A program made the position numbers and the translations under genes. The notes beneath the pieces are model-generated. The model ran no database searches. It was not told the DNA's origin and saw only the letters and a list, made by a program, of their open reading frames with translations. Below, piece by piece: positions 1 through 12,381 of a DNA stretch of 64,000 nt (its first letter is position 1; each line of letters starts with the position of its first letter). The DNA is taken from positions 7,756,771 through 7,820,770 of the forward strand of contig CAJINV010000004.1 of assembly GCA_905178155.1 (NCBI GenBank), given 5' to 3'. This stretch comes from Amoebophrya sp. A120. Taxonomy: Eukaryota; Protista; Dinoflagellata.

Positions 1-3000
1 GAAAAGAACCAGCCCATGGGGAAGTGCGCCAACTGCGGTTCGTTATCGGATAAGTGGCGGAAGGACGGGTGGAGCCGGGTGTTTGTCACGTACAAGGACC
101 CGAACACGGGCGAACAGGTGCAGAACCTCGCGATCCCGCGCATGGTGCAGAAGATGCTGGAGAAAATCTGGAACGGCGAGGATCAGGAGCTGTTGGAGTA
201 CCTCTTCCCCGGCAGCCGGCACTTCGGCGCGGGCAAGGGCTGGGAACTGTTCTTCATGGAGGAATTACTGGTAACCCCGAATCAGTTCCGCGCGCCCCGG
301 AAGACGACCAGCGAAATTTGGCAGCTGGACCACGAAAGTAAGTGTCTGCAGGCGATCCTGTTCGCCTGCGACGAGTTGAAGAAGGTCGCCGCGGAAAAAA
401 CGAAGAACAAGGAAGGGACAGCGAACCAGGCGGGAGGCGGCGGTAGCGGTGGTGGTGATGCGGGTCAACGACAGGCACTACTGGACAACGCGGACGCCAG
501 CACAGACCCGAAGAAACTTCAACTACAGGCGAACCTCGAGGACTTTGCGATGCAAAATGACAAAGCAGGAACTTTGAATGAGGGGACAACTGGAGAATTA
601 CAGCAGCAGACCACAACAAAATCCGCATACCAACAGAAAATCGACGACACGGCGCTGGCGAAGGCGTACGTGACGCTGCAGGAGAAGGTAAACGTGTACA
701 TGGATGGGTCGAAGGGCGTGTCCAAAGCGGAACTGGAATCCAAGGGCATCCGGCAGAAAATCGAGAAGAAGCAGGGTATGTTCCGCATGAAGATGATGGG
801 AAAAAGAGTCAACTACGCCGGTCGCTCCGTCATCTCCCCCGAACCCAACGTCGAAACCAACGAGTATCAAATGCAAAAATGTCTGGGTCTGGAAGAGTGC
901 CAGGCTTTTCATGCATATTTTGCGTGACACATTATGCCTGTAATGCATGGCCTAGCATGACGGATTTCTGGTGCGTATTCCGCATGAGAAATACCCTCTC
1001 CGCGTAGCACAAACTGGACTCCTTTTGCTGGTCATGCAATACAGACTTATCCTAGAATACAGACGCATCCTAGGGTTGCGTCTCGCTATCAGGGTTTCGC
1101 CAACTCCGCGGGGGCGTTGCGGGTATCTCCCTAAAACACCAAAACCGGCACAAATTGGGCCGGCAGTCCGGGTAATTGCTCACCAGCCGGTTTGTATGGC
1201 GGAATAAGGTGCTCGACGAACGAAGAAGTAAGCATGTAATTAGCACCTCCGGTTGGTAGAGCGATCGGCCACCGAGGCACGTCAGGGGGCGTCGCTACTT
1301 CAATTCAATTCAATCCAAAGACAGCATTACAAGTTGCAATCTCCCAGACCCAGACATTTTTGCAATCCATAACGAGATCGGCGTGCCGATTTTTATGTGC
1401 AAGGTGCTCGGCGTGCCCGAGCGGGTGTGGCAGGGGAACCTGCAGTACTGTCAGCAGCTCGTGCGCAACGGCAACGACATCTACCCGGGGGCGTCGCAGC
1501 TGTTCGTTCCCACGGCGGACGGTCAGCGGTACAACGTGATCGACCTGGACAAGCTGAATTTCGACGGGCGCAACACCCACGCGGAAAACCTGTCGGGGTC
1601 CGCGACGAATCTGGATTCCGAGCGACCCTACATCGTGTACCGAAACCTGATCGACGGCGACCCAGTCCTGATGAACCGGCAGCCCACGTTGCACAAACCG
1701 GGAATCATGTGTCAAGTGGTGAAGGTGTTGAAGAAGGAGAACACGCTGCGGTTCCACTACGCAAATTGTAACACCTACAACGCAGATTTCGACGGGGACG
1801 AGATGAACATGCACGCGCCGCAGGTAAATGGATCCTAATTTCATCTGATTGGGTTATAGGAGTTTGTCATGCGTCGAAAGCGAGTACCAGTACTAGAACG
1901 CGCATATTCATCATTTTTGTTTCTCGATTGTTGTTGCATCAGCACGTGTAAAGAACATTGTGTCAAATTATAACCCTTGGTGTTCCTATCTCGACCAAAA
2001 ATCATCTTCAAAACAGGATATCCAAGGGCGTCTGGAAGCGTTGCGCATTGCGGAGGCGGACCGGCAGTACGTGGTGCCGACCAGCGGGAAACCCTTGCGC
2101 GGGATCATCCAGGACCACATCGCGGGCGCCGTTTTGATGATGGCGAGAGACACTTTCTTCACGAAGTCCGACCTGTGCCAATTACTTTACCGGGGATTGC
2201 GGTCTCAGATGGAGAAGCGAAAATCCACACACTGGGTGAAAATGCCAGATCTGAACGAGTTGACCAAGGGCGTCACCCAATCCTACGAGAACGCCGGTAT
2301 GGAGGGCATAGGGATCAAAACGGACACGAGGATTTCGTGGCCGACGACCTTCACGACCCCCTACGGACCGCTGCTGATCGACCCACCGTGTATTATTCAT
2401 CCAGAAGAAAAGTGGTCCGGGAAGCAGGCGTTCTCCATTTTGCTGAAGAACTTGATTCAACTCCACAACGGGAAACAGCAGGTGTTCCACACGTCGAAGT
2501 GCAAAACCCCCGGCGACATGTGGAACGGGGTGTTCGACAAGAATAAGGAGGAGGAACAGATCCTCATCCGCAACTCCGAACTGCTCCGCGGCGTGCTCGA
2601 CAAATCCGAGTTCGGGGCCTCCGCCGGGGGGCTCACCCACCTCTGCTACGAGGTGTTCGGTCCAAAGATGGCGGGCGCGGTGCTGTCAACCTTCGCCCGC
2701 GTCTTCACGGCCTACTTGCAGACCCGGGGGTTCACCTGTGCGATGATAGACGCTCTGGTCGAAAAACCGGCGGAGAAAAAGCGAAAAGACTTGATCGACG
2801 AGACCATGAGCAAGGGCTACGACGTGATCGATTTGTTCGTGAAGGACCACTATCAAATGTAAAAATGTCTGCGTCTGGAAGATTGCAACTTGTCATGCTG
2901 TTTTTGGACTCTAAAAAGATTTGTATTGCATGACAAGCAAGAGGGGTATAATTTGTGCTACACGGACAGGGCATTTCTCATGCGGAAGGTGCATCAGGAA

Positions 3001-6000
3001 GCCCTCTAAAAGTCTGCGATGCTAAGTCATGCATTACAGGCGTCATGGGTCATGAGAAATATGCATGACAAATCTTGCATTCTTCCAGACCCAGACATTT
3101 TTGCATTTGATANNNNNNNNNNNNNNNNNNNNNNNNNNNNNNNNNNNNNNNNNNNNNNNNNNNNNNNNNNNNNNNNNNNNNNNNNNNNNNNNNNNNNNNN
3201 NNNNNNNNNNNNNNNNNNNNNNNNNNNNNNNNNNNNNNNNNNNNNNNNNNNNNNNNNNNNNNNNNNNNNNNNNNNNNNNNNNNNNNNNNNNNNNNNNNNN
3301 NNNNNNNNNNNNNNNNNNNNNNNNNNNNNNNNNNNNNNNNNNNNNNNNNNNNNNNNNNNNNNNNNNNNNNNNNNNNNNNNNNNNNNNNNNNNNNNNNNNN
3401 NNNNNNNNNNNNNNNNNNNNNNNNNNNNNNNNNTTTTTCGCCTGTTTTTTCTTGGAAATTGCTTTCTTGGAAGCAGAATTCCGCGATTTCATCCTCTGCT
3501 GCACGTTTGTTCTGCTTGTAGAAGCGACCTGCAGGAAATTGCTAGAGGGCTGCGTTTTTGATAGAGCGCCCGTTTCTTCTACTGTTTCGTTCTTCACCAC
3601 CACTTCCAACGGCTCATCAGTGTCGCTGCTCTGCTTATCGCTCTTCCCCTCCACCAAGGAACTCGCCTTGCACAGCCGCGAGGTCAAGGAGTGATTCGGG
3701 TCGTAACTTCCAGCCGCGCCGCCCTTCACAATGTCGGACTTCACCGCGGACAACCAGGTGTCTGAAGTATCAAGTGCAAAAATGTCTGGGTCTGTAAGAA
3801 TGCATGTTTGTCATGCTTGTCTGGGATGACTCTTCAATCTGACATGCACGTTACCCAAGAGCTCCATTTTTCTGTGATGCAGAAACGCAGTTTGTCATGC
3901 AGAGGAGGCAACACCTAGAAGCTCAGAAACTTGTCATGCTGGGCCAGCACTTGTGGCCTCATCATGAGAGGCCACCCAGCATCACAAGTTTCCAGACCCA
4001 GACATATTTGCAATTGATATGAAGACCCCGTGTCCAAAATGACCCGCATCCGCGCCTGGGGCTGGGAAAAACAGTTTTGGGCGAAGGAGGAGGTGGCTTC
4101 TGCACCATCAGTGCTGGTTGTATTCATTGCCTGTTGGTCAACAACATCCTGTGCAGTTCCTGCTTTCGTCGAGTCCGTAGCATTGTTTCCTGCCTCCTCG
4201 TCCCCGGATGAAGATGAAAGAAGACTTCGCACTATGAAATGCAAAAATGTCTGGGTCTGGAAAATTCCGACATTTGTCATGCAGTTTTTCCAAGCTCCAC
4301 CAAGTCTGTAATGCAGGGCCTAGCATCACAGGGTCTGCAGCCCCTTGGTGATGCCTATTCTGCATGAGAAATGCCCCCCCGGCTTGGCTAGAAATGGGGA
4401 ACTTTTGCAAGTCATGCAACACAGATTTTTGTATGATCCGCAACACGCATCACAAGTTGCATTCTTCCAGACCCAGACATTTTTACATTTGATACTCCTC
4501 CCCACCATGCGCACTCTCCCCTCCTACGCCCCCTACGACCTGGCCGCCCGGGCCGGCGGGTACGTGACCGACCGGTTCTTGACGGGTGTCCGATATCCTG
4601 TGTAAAAACGTCCCCACCTTAGAGTTGTCATGCAAATCTGCATGCTTAGAATGTCTCTCATGCAGAGCCCCATAAGAAGCATTTTCTAGCGCTGTTTTGA
4701 AATTTGTGATGCTCGAAGCAGCATGAGGGGCTAGATTTCTGATGCTGCTGCACTAGCTAAACGGGACAAGAACACTGCGAACTGAAACTTGTCATGCACG
4801 ACAACAGCCAAAGTTCAGTGATTTGTCTTGCAGATTTCCCAACTTGTTGACTATGGGGTCGTGGGGACGTTTTTACATCTGATATCCGACCGCAAGAGTT
4901 CTACTTCCACTGCATGGCGGGGCGCGAGGGGCTGGTCGATACGACGGTGAAGACCAGTCGCAGTGGGTACTTGCAGCGGTGTTTGGTCAAGCATTTGGAA
5001 ACCTGCGTCGTCGCCTACGACGGCACCGTCCGGGACACGTCGGACAACTCGGTTGTGCAATTTCTGTACGGCGAAGATATCCCGTGTAAAAACATTTTCA
5101 CCTCCCCATAGTCAAGTTGGTAAATCCGCAATACAAATCACCAAGTTAAGGGAGTTGTGCATGACAAGTTTCCATCTGCAGTGTAGTACCATTTGGCAAG
5201 GGCAGCCGCATGAGAAAGCCATTTTCTCATCTCATTTACAGCATTACAAATTCCCAAACACGATTGGGACAAAGGCCTCTCATTATGCCGAGGCGCATTA
5301 CAAATGTTCCTGTCATTGCGCATTTGCATGACAACTATGGGTTGGGGAGGTTTTTCCTCAGGATAGAAGACGGTATCGACGTTACGAAGTCCAACTACTA
5401 TTGAGAGGAAAAATCCCCCCTCCCCATATTGAAAACGCATTCGTCTGAAAATTTGTGATGCAGATTTGAGGTCACAAATCCTGTCTGTCTTGCAAGAAGG
5501 CAAAGCCTTAGAGTCCGCCGCATTATGCCGGCGGTTTGTGATGCTGTTGGGCTTACAGGGCCGACGTCTGTCATGCTAGTCCCCTACGTCAAAACCTCTC
5601 GACCCAGGCTTAGTATATGCCTGCAGTCCTCTCCAGCAAGACAGACTGATTTGTGTGCGCAAATCCAGCATCAGAAATTTCGTTTCGATATGGGGAGGGG
5701 GGGTTTTTCCTTTTGATAACTACCTGGAAAAGTTCACGCAGCTGCGGGAAAACATGTGCAGCGACCACCAGGCGCGATTGCGAACGAGAAACCGCATGCA
5801 GCTTCTACAGTCAAAGGGGATTCTCGATATGACCACGGCGAAGAGGTATTTTCAAGTGCGCGACCTGGTGCGAAAATCCGAACTAAAGCCCTTCGCAGTG
5901 AAATCCGGACAACCGGAAAAGGCGGGCGGGTTAATAGACAAGTTCGACACGAAGAAAGCGGTGGAGGAATTGGAATCCTTCATGTCTTCCTACAGCAACC

Positions 6001-9000
6001 CGCTGCACGACTGGGAAGGTGTCGGGGTAGAGAACTCCGCGACCGGAAATTTTTCCGCTTTGGAGCCGAAGTTGAGTTCCGTGTTCAAGAGGCTGACGCA
6101 GCTGCGCAGACAGTTGCAGCAGACGAAGCACTGGAAGCCGTACGACAAATTCGACCCCCCACAGGCGTTGTTGAACCCGAAGCAGCATCTGGGTGCGGTC
6201 AGCGAGCGGTTCCACGATTTGCTGCTCGATTTTGTGAAGAAACAGGAATGGAAGGACGAAAGTGAGGAAACCGATTTCATCAACTTCTGCATGCTCAAGT
6301 ACCAAAACTGCCTGGCCGACGAGGGCGAGGCCGTCGGGGTCTTGGCCGCGCAGGGCATGGGCGAGCCATCCACGCAGATGACGTTGAACACCTTCCACTT
6401 GGCGGGCCACGGTGGCGCGAACGTGACCCTAGGTATCCCGCGGTTGCGCGAGATTGTGCAGACCGCGAGTCGCAACATCATGACGCCGCTGTGCAAAATC
6501 AAGGTGCTCGCGGACCAGAACGGGTCGACCACCTTGGACGACAAACTGTACTTCGCGGAGTCCGTGGCGCTGCGGTACGGGCGCACGCACTATGAAATGC
6601 AAAAATGTCTGGGTCTGGAAGATTGCGAGATTTGTCATGCTTGTCTGGCATGACCAAAAAGTTTGTGATGCGTGTCCAAGAAGAGACCCTTTTGCCTGCC
6701 ATGCAAAAACGCAGTTTGTCATGCGAAAAACGCAAGAACAGAAAGAAGCGCAGATATAATTTCTCATGCTTGGCTGTGTATTACAGAGCATTCACTATTC
6801 CCAACTCAGCAGTACAAGTTTCCAGACATCCAGGGATATTTGCATTTCATACGCACCTCCACGAACTGATCACGGAGTACCGGGTCACGGAGAAGGGCCG
6901 GCAGCTTATCCTGAGTAAAAACGTCTCCACCCCAGAGTTGTCATGCAAATCTGCATGCCTAAAATGTTTCTCATGCGCAGACCCATCGAAAGCATTCTGT
7001 AATGCTGTTTTGGGATTTGTCATGCTCGAATAAGGATAAGATCTTCGATTTGTGATGCTGTTTCACTAGCTAAAGAGCACTACTACAATACGACCCCAGA
7101 CTTGTCATGCGCGACAGCCAAGACTTGTAGATTTGTGTAGCAGATTGCCCATCTTGACTATGGGGTGGGGACGGTTTTGCTGAGGATACAGCTGGGCGGG
7201 AACTTTGTCCGCACCTACATTGTGGAGCTGGACTTCGTGTCCCTAGCCGACGTGCAGAAGAAGTTTCCCCACCTGAACACGACGGAAAAGTTGAACCAGT
7301 TTTTGCAAGAAGGCTACTACTCCTTCCTCGGGCAGTTCAAGAACGAGGTGGACAAGTACGTGCGCGCCGCCGAGAAGAATCGAAACAAGGAAACAGCCAC
7401 GTCGAAGCGCAAAGCCGTCAACGACGAGAAGCTGCGGGCGCCGATGGGCGGCGGTGGCGGCGGGGACGACGAAAGCGGGGATGAGGAGGGTGGAAAGAAT
7501 GAAAGCAGAGGAAAGAATAATAAGAAAGGGAACGAAAGAGGTGACGAGCAGGAAGGAGAGGGGAATGACATGGAAAATAATGACTCGTCAAATCACAAGA
7601 AGGGCAAGAAGCAGAAAACCAAGAAGCACGCCCGGGGTTTGGGAAAAAAGGACGACAGCGAGGACGACGGCTCAGACTCCGGGTCCGAGGAAAGTTCCGA
7701 GAGCGAGAGCGAGGAGTTGAAACAGGTAAAGGACGAGGAGGACGACTTACTGGCGGATGAGAAAAGTAAAAAGAAGAAGCATGGTAAAGAAGGTAAAACG
7801 GCATTAGCGGGAAAGAAAGCTTCTACCAAAACTGGTCGTGGTGCTGGGAATAATGTCTCAGATGATTCTTCCGACAGCGAATCGCTCTCCGCGTCCTCGG
7901 ACAGCGAGATGGAGAATGCGAATCGAGACCACAAGCAGCGGAAACAGCAGAAGAAAAACACGATTGACGACAAGCAGGCCGAGGCATTGTTGAAGAAGAA
8001 AGCGCAAAAACTGTTGCGGAACCAGCAAAATGTGGGGGCTATGATTGTTTCTACGGACGACAGCGAAGAGGGTACTAGCGACGATGATACTACTAAAAAG
8101 AAGAAGAAAAAGATGAAAAAGCAGCAAGATTTGCTGGAAGTGGATTTAGACTTGGATGAGGACATGGAAAATCAAGGCACCTTGACGCCGGTGGAGAGGT
8201 TTCTGAACGACGCGGAAGCCGATAACGAAACGCTGGAGGAACTGGGGAAAGTAAAGTTCACCACGCCCGAGTGGTTTCACTTCCCGGAAACCAACCGAGC
8301 GACCTGGGCCTTCCGCATGGACGTCTCCGCGCAAAAGTGCCCCTGCAAGATGCTCCTATCTGAGATCATCAAGAAACTGTCACAGGTATGTATTTAGGAA
8401 ATGAGGAGCATTTAGTTGTAGTTGTACGCAATGACGATCCGATGAGTTGTAGGAGTAGAATTTCGATTATGTGTACAAGAACACTTATGCCTTCATCGAT
8501 TCCTTCTGTGAAAACATGAAGATAAAACTGAAATTCGTCTCTTGCTTCCTTCCATTCTACCTACCATGAAGAGCAAGCCAAATACAAATGGCTCGCAATA
8601 ATATAATTTGAATTTGCTTATGCGAAGTAACATCCAAATGAAAAACAGGAGCGGTATGCGCAGGACGAGCGTGCGAAGGGGATCAAGAAGGTGAACGTGT
8701 TGCAAAAGGACGACGAGGTGACTATCGAGACGGAGGGCATCAACCTGACCGCCTTGTGGCAGCTGCCCGACGAGCTGTCTACCGGGGAGCTGGACTGGAA
8801 CCGGTTGAACACGAACTGCATCGGGACTACTATGGACCTGTACGGCGCGGAGGCGGCGCGGAACGCGATCGTGCGGGAGATCCGGAACGTGTTCGGGCAC
8901 TACGGCATCGAGGTGAACTGGCGGCATCTGTACCTGATCGCCGACTACATGACCAGCCAGGGCAGCTACCGGGCGTTCAGCCGCCGCGGCATGCAGGACA

Positions 9001-9589
9001 TCTCCTCGCCTTTTCTGCAGATGACCTACGAAACCAGTCTCACCTTCGCCGCCAAGGCCGCCCTCGAGCACAACACGGATTCGTTAGCGTCCGCGTCCGC
9101 GAGCATTATTACGGGGAAATTGCCGACCGTCGGGACGGGATGCTTCGATGTATTAACGGATTTCAAGCAATTCGAGAAAAACGCGACGGAGCTCGGGGAA
9201 AAACTGCACGCGGAGCAGGGCTATGAACTGCAAATATCGATCTGGGTCTGGAAAAATGCAACTTGTGATGCTGCGCTTGGATGTCTAAGAAATTTGTGTT
9301 GCATCAGCTGCAAAAGGAATTTGATTTTTGCTACGGGAAGAGGGCATCTGTCATGCGGAATAGGCATCAAGATGCCCTCACAAAATCTGTGATGCTAGGG
9401 CATGCATCACAGACATCATGGCTCATGCAAAACGTGCATCACAAGTCTCAGAATCTTCCAGACCCAGACATTTTGGCATTTGATAAAGGCAACGAACAGC
9501 TGCGCAACCGGTTTTTCGACGAGGACAGCGATTTCGGCTGTGTGTCGGATGAAGAGGAGGGAGATGTGATGGGGGTGGGACGGGTGTAA
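1..9589 (+). CDS. RPA1: DNA-directed RNA polymerase I largest subunit (5'-partial, multi-exon; interrupted by introners, two GT-AG introns at 1824-2016 and 8386-8648, an N-gap and a foreign segment)
   Basis: Joined exons give [22 protein letters not shown]|[35 protein letters not shown] (catalytic NADFDGD), [21 protein letters not shown]|[37 protein letters not shown] and [45 protein letters not shown] and [11 protein letters not shown] are Pol I-type variants. Stop TAA at 9587-9589. Confidence 0.95.
865..1371. mobile_element. Introner family A with a nested ~260-bp insert
   Basis: TIR TATCAAATGCAAAAATGTCTGGGTCTGG...CCAGACCCAGACATTTTTGCAATCCATA; TSD ACGAG/ACGAG; removal restores TNE|IGVP. 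Confidence 0.93.
2851..3112. mobile_element. Introner family A
   Basis: Family A TIRs at both ends; left flank ACCAC; right flank lies in the N-gap. Confidence 0.9.
3113..3432. other. Assembly gap (N run)
   Basis: 320 N bases. Confidence 0.99.
3433..4232 (-). CDS. Fragment of an unrelated low-complexity protein gene on the minus strand, embedded in RPA1 (probable misassembly)
   Basis: Minus-strand frames ...ILDTGSS and [12 protein letters not shown]...KKKQAK join in frame once element 3768-4019 plus one TSD is removed; nothing RPA1-like on the + strand. Confidence 0.6.
3768..4019. mobile_element. Introner family A
   Basis: Family A TIRs; TSD TGAAG/TGAAG; interior closely similar to 50800-51052. 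Confidence 0.92.
4233..4494. mobile_element. Introner family A with non-matching flanks (chimeric junction)
   Basis: Family A TIRs; flanks CGCAC vs CTCCT do not form a TSD; left side is foreign sequence, right side is RPA1. Confidence 0.88.
4594..4884. mobile_element. Introner family B
   Basis: TIR TATCCTGTGTAAAAACGTCCCCAC...GTGGGGACGTTTTTACATCTGATA; TSD TCCGA; restores GVR|PQEFYFH. Confidence 0.93.
5078..5365. mobile_element. Introner family B (opposite orientation to 4594)
   Basis: Family B TIRs; TSD GAAGA; restores YGED|GID. Confidence 0.92.
5399..5718. mobile_element. Introner family C
   Basis: TIR TATTGAGAGGAAAAATCCCCCTCCCCATAT...ATATGGGGAGGGGGGTTTTTCCTTTTGATA; TSD ACTAC. Confidence 0.92.
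6591..6851. mobile_element. Introner family A
   Basis: Family A TIRs; TSD CGCAC; interior very similar to 19469-19721. Confidence 0.92.
6907..7188. mobile_element. Introner family B
   Basis: Family B TIRs; TSD CAGCT. Confidence 0.92.
9222..9485. mobile_element. Introner family A
   Basis: Family A TIRs; TSD AGGGC/AAGGC (1 mismatch). Confidence 0.9.
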
Positions 9590-11877
9590 GAAGTTCTGCT
9601 GGTGCAGGCAGAGCAGCACCGAGGATTATTTGCTTATTTCGTATTGCGCAGAAAACTACCGATCTTACCGGTGCGGACGATAATTGTGTTGACACTACAC
9701 GTATGCAAATGATGAAAGATCTTTACGCAAGCAGTGTAACAGGAGCAAGAACTGTGGGAAGATGTTTGATGAACGCGTTTTATGTTTTTTAAAGCGTAGG
9801 AAGAGGAACATCAAGCCGAGCTTGAAGTCCTGCTTCCTCGTATGTTGTTCTTCGGGCATGAAGGGTGTTTGCAAGTGGATCATTAAGTGAAAGTTCAGTT
9901 GATCCCCGACGAGCGATGTTGTTGTGGTCCTTCTCGAGATCAGTTCTGGATGACCCTTTCGGAGGTGGCAAGTAGCTGAGGAAGGCGAAGGTCGATGTTG
10001 ATCTGCGGGTCTGGTGGGTGGAGGTTTCTGATGAATCAAATCGAGGAACAACCTTTCAGAAAAAAAGGATTTTTGATATAGTGCACCGCTCCGAAAAAAA
10101 GTGTTGTCCGGGAGCGGAACCAATTCGATGCGATCTTCATAGGCATCGGCTGATCATAGAAAGGTAGAAGCTCGAGCTGCGCTCTTTATCCCAATTATCC
10201 CGCAACCCTTACGAAGGAGCGGAGTCCTCTTCAAATCAAATCAAATCCGCGGTAGAATGATAAGTGAAGGAAGTGCTGCCGAGAAGTACACCTTTATTTC
10301 ATGCCCTCAATATGTCGAACCGGCATAAAGTACTTTTTGTTTGCGATGGGTGACGACAGGTTGTTTTGCTTAGCACGCTCTAGTCTACAGTGTCCTCTCC
10401 TCTCGTGTAGTTTGAAGCTCTGTCCGCCTGTCGGTCTAGTTTCAGTTTTGGTAAAAATCTTTAACATAGTATCGTTTTCAGCACCACCACGGTAAGTAGA
10501 CAACGTATCACTCATCAAGAATTATATCAGAAAACACAAGAACACCATCCGTTGAAAGTCTCACCATAGGTGAAAACTCATTTTCTCGGACTAAAAACTA
10601 AGTTCCAACTAACTTAATCACTCGTTCATTCTGTCCTATTGACATAAAATTTTCAAAAAAAGGCCCTATAAAAACGAACCAATGTCGCTATCTCGCCCAG
10701 TAGCAGAAGTCGCCCACCAGCGGCGCCATCAACGTCGTTCTGCCATAATGGCGTTGCCCCGCATGCTGATTGCGGCCGGGCAGATCTTCACGCGTGGCTG
10801 CGACGCGTCTTTCGCCGCATCTTCACAGCAGACACGTACTTCCCCTGCCTCTGACGCCATTACGGTCACCCTGTTGTCGGGCGCACGCTGTGGGGAGAAG
10901 CCCATCCCCGTGAGCAGCTTCTCCACCGCGACCGAGGGTTTCGTCGAAGTTGCTGAATTGGTAGAAAAGTTGCGGCGGGTGTGTCCTGAAAGTTTCCGGA
11001 GGTGCAACGCGTCTGCCGCGTTTCATCTACTGGGGTCTAGTTATACTCGTCCGCCGCCTGTACTAGATGAAGTTGTTGGGAGGGCGGGCGCCGGGAACAG
11101 ACAACTTCTTCTAGACGGGGGTCCTCGTCGGGAGCTGCTGCAACGAGCAGCAGTTTCCGACGTTGCCCCGCCTGGTTCTCGACGGCATTGTGAAAAACCA
11201 CGTTGGGTTAAACGAGCCGCAGGATACTAGTACCATCCACCGCGTTCTTGAAGACACCCAGGTCGTTTTTACCGTTCCGTACGAGCGGATTCCGTTGGCC
11301 GCAGCGGCGGAACGGGGACTGCAGCTGGTGCTGCGCGAAAATCCGTTCTTCCGGTCCGGCGTGCCCTGGCCGAAGGACCCCGCTCTTACACTGGAGTGGT
11401 TCGGCAAGGTGCGGCTGGTGAGCAACCTGAAGGCGTTTTTGTTGGAGGAACTTGAGCCGGAGCCTGTGGCCGCGTTTTCCCACCTGCGAGAACAAAGTTG
11501 TGGTAAGTACTTCCTCCGCGCACTGAATATTAAACGCCGGCTACTAGTTGTAATATCCTGTTTCTTATCTTCCTTCTCAACAGCTCGATAACATTTTTAG
11601 TTAGTTGTGAACGCCGAGAAACTTTGCCAACCCGAATGAATTCAATGAATTCATAATGCACAGGTGATACTATCACGCAGCCCCAGCTGCTGTCGCGCTA
11701 GCGTCGGCGCACGCAGAAGCGGATCATGCGGCAAGAACGCCGCGATCTGCTCACGCCTTTGCGGGCGGACGGGCTGCTGGGCGAGATTCAGGACATCCAA
11801 TACCCAAGTGCGCGTCTCGCCCCCTTTGTCGCCGGGAAGCTGCGGATCCACGGGGATGGTGTGCCGGAGGACCCGGT

Positions 11878-12026
11878 TATGCACTGCAAAAGTATCGTAC
11901 TCGTAGTATTGCAATACAAATTAGCTCAGCACGACAAATGGAATTTGTCATGCTGATTTAGCTTGAAAAAGAGATTTGTAATGCATAACTGCAATTAGTA
12001 CGAGTGCGATACTTTTGCAGTGCATA
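11878..12026. mobile_element. Introner family D
   Basis: TIR TATGCACTGCAAAAGTATCGTACTCG...CGAGTGCGATACTTTTGCAGTGCATA; TSD CCGGT. Confidence 0.92.
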
Positions 12027-12060
12027 CCGGTGTTTCGCGTACAAATCTTGTCGGCTTGGC

Positions 12061-12381
12061 TATCAAAGGGAAAAATTCTTCCTCCCCATATCGAAACGCA
12101 ACGCCTAAGAGAATTTGTGATGCTGATTTGTGACCACAAATATTATCTGTCTTGCAAGAAAGCAACGGCAGAGGCTCCGCCCCCTTATGCAGGCGGTTTG
12201 TAATGCTGTTGGGCCTACAGCATGGACGTTCCTCATGCTAAGCGCCTAGGCCAAAACCTCTCCGCATTGGCATGATATGGGCCTGCAGTCCTGTGCTGCA
12301 ACACAAATCGGATTTGTGTACGCAAATCCGGCATCAGAAATTTCGTTTTGATGTGGGGAGGGGGGATTTTTCATTTTGATA
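12061..12381. mobile_element. Introner family C
   Basis: Family C TIRs; TSD TTGGC/CTGGC. Confidence 0.9.

Noticed and set aside
1-9589. RNA polymerase II (RPB1) or III (RPC1) largest subunit
   Set aside because: No heptad CTD; [25 protein letters not shown] and the long acidic insertion are Pol I-type.
10230-10247. (TCAAA)3, and TTGAATTTGAATTTGA near 42376, as retroelement tails or telomeric repeats
   Set aside because: Too short, and no shared adjacent sequence with the 1038-1313 insert was visible.
11699-11701. Stop-codon reassignment, as reported for one Amoebophrya isolate
   Set aside because: Long conserved exons in RPA1, the helicase and the ADAM gene have no in-frame stops and end at TAA or TGA; a single TAG is better explained as a lesion or error.
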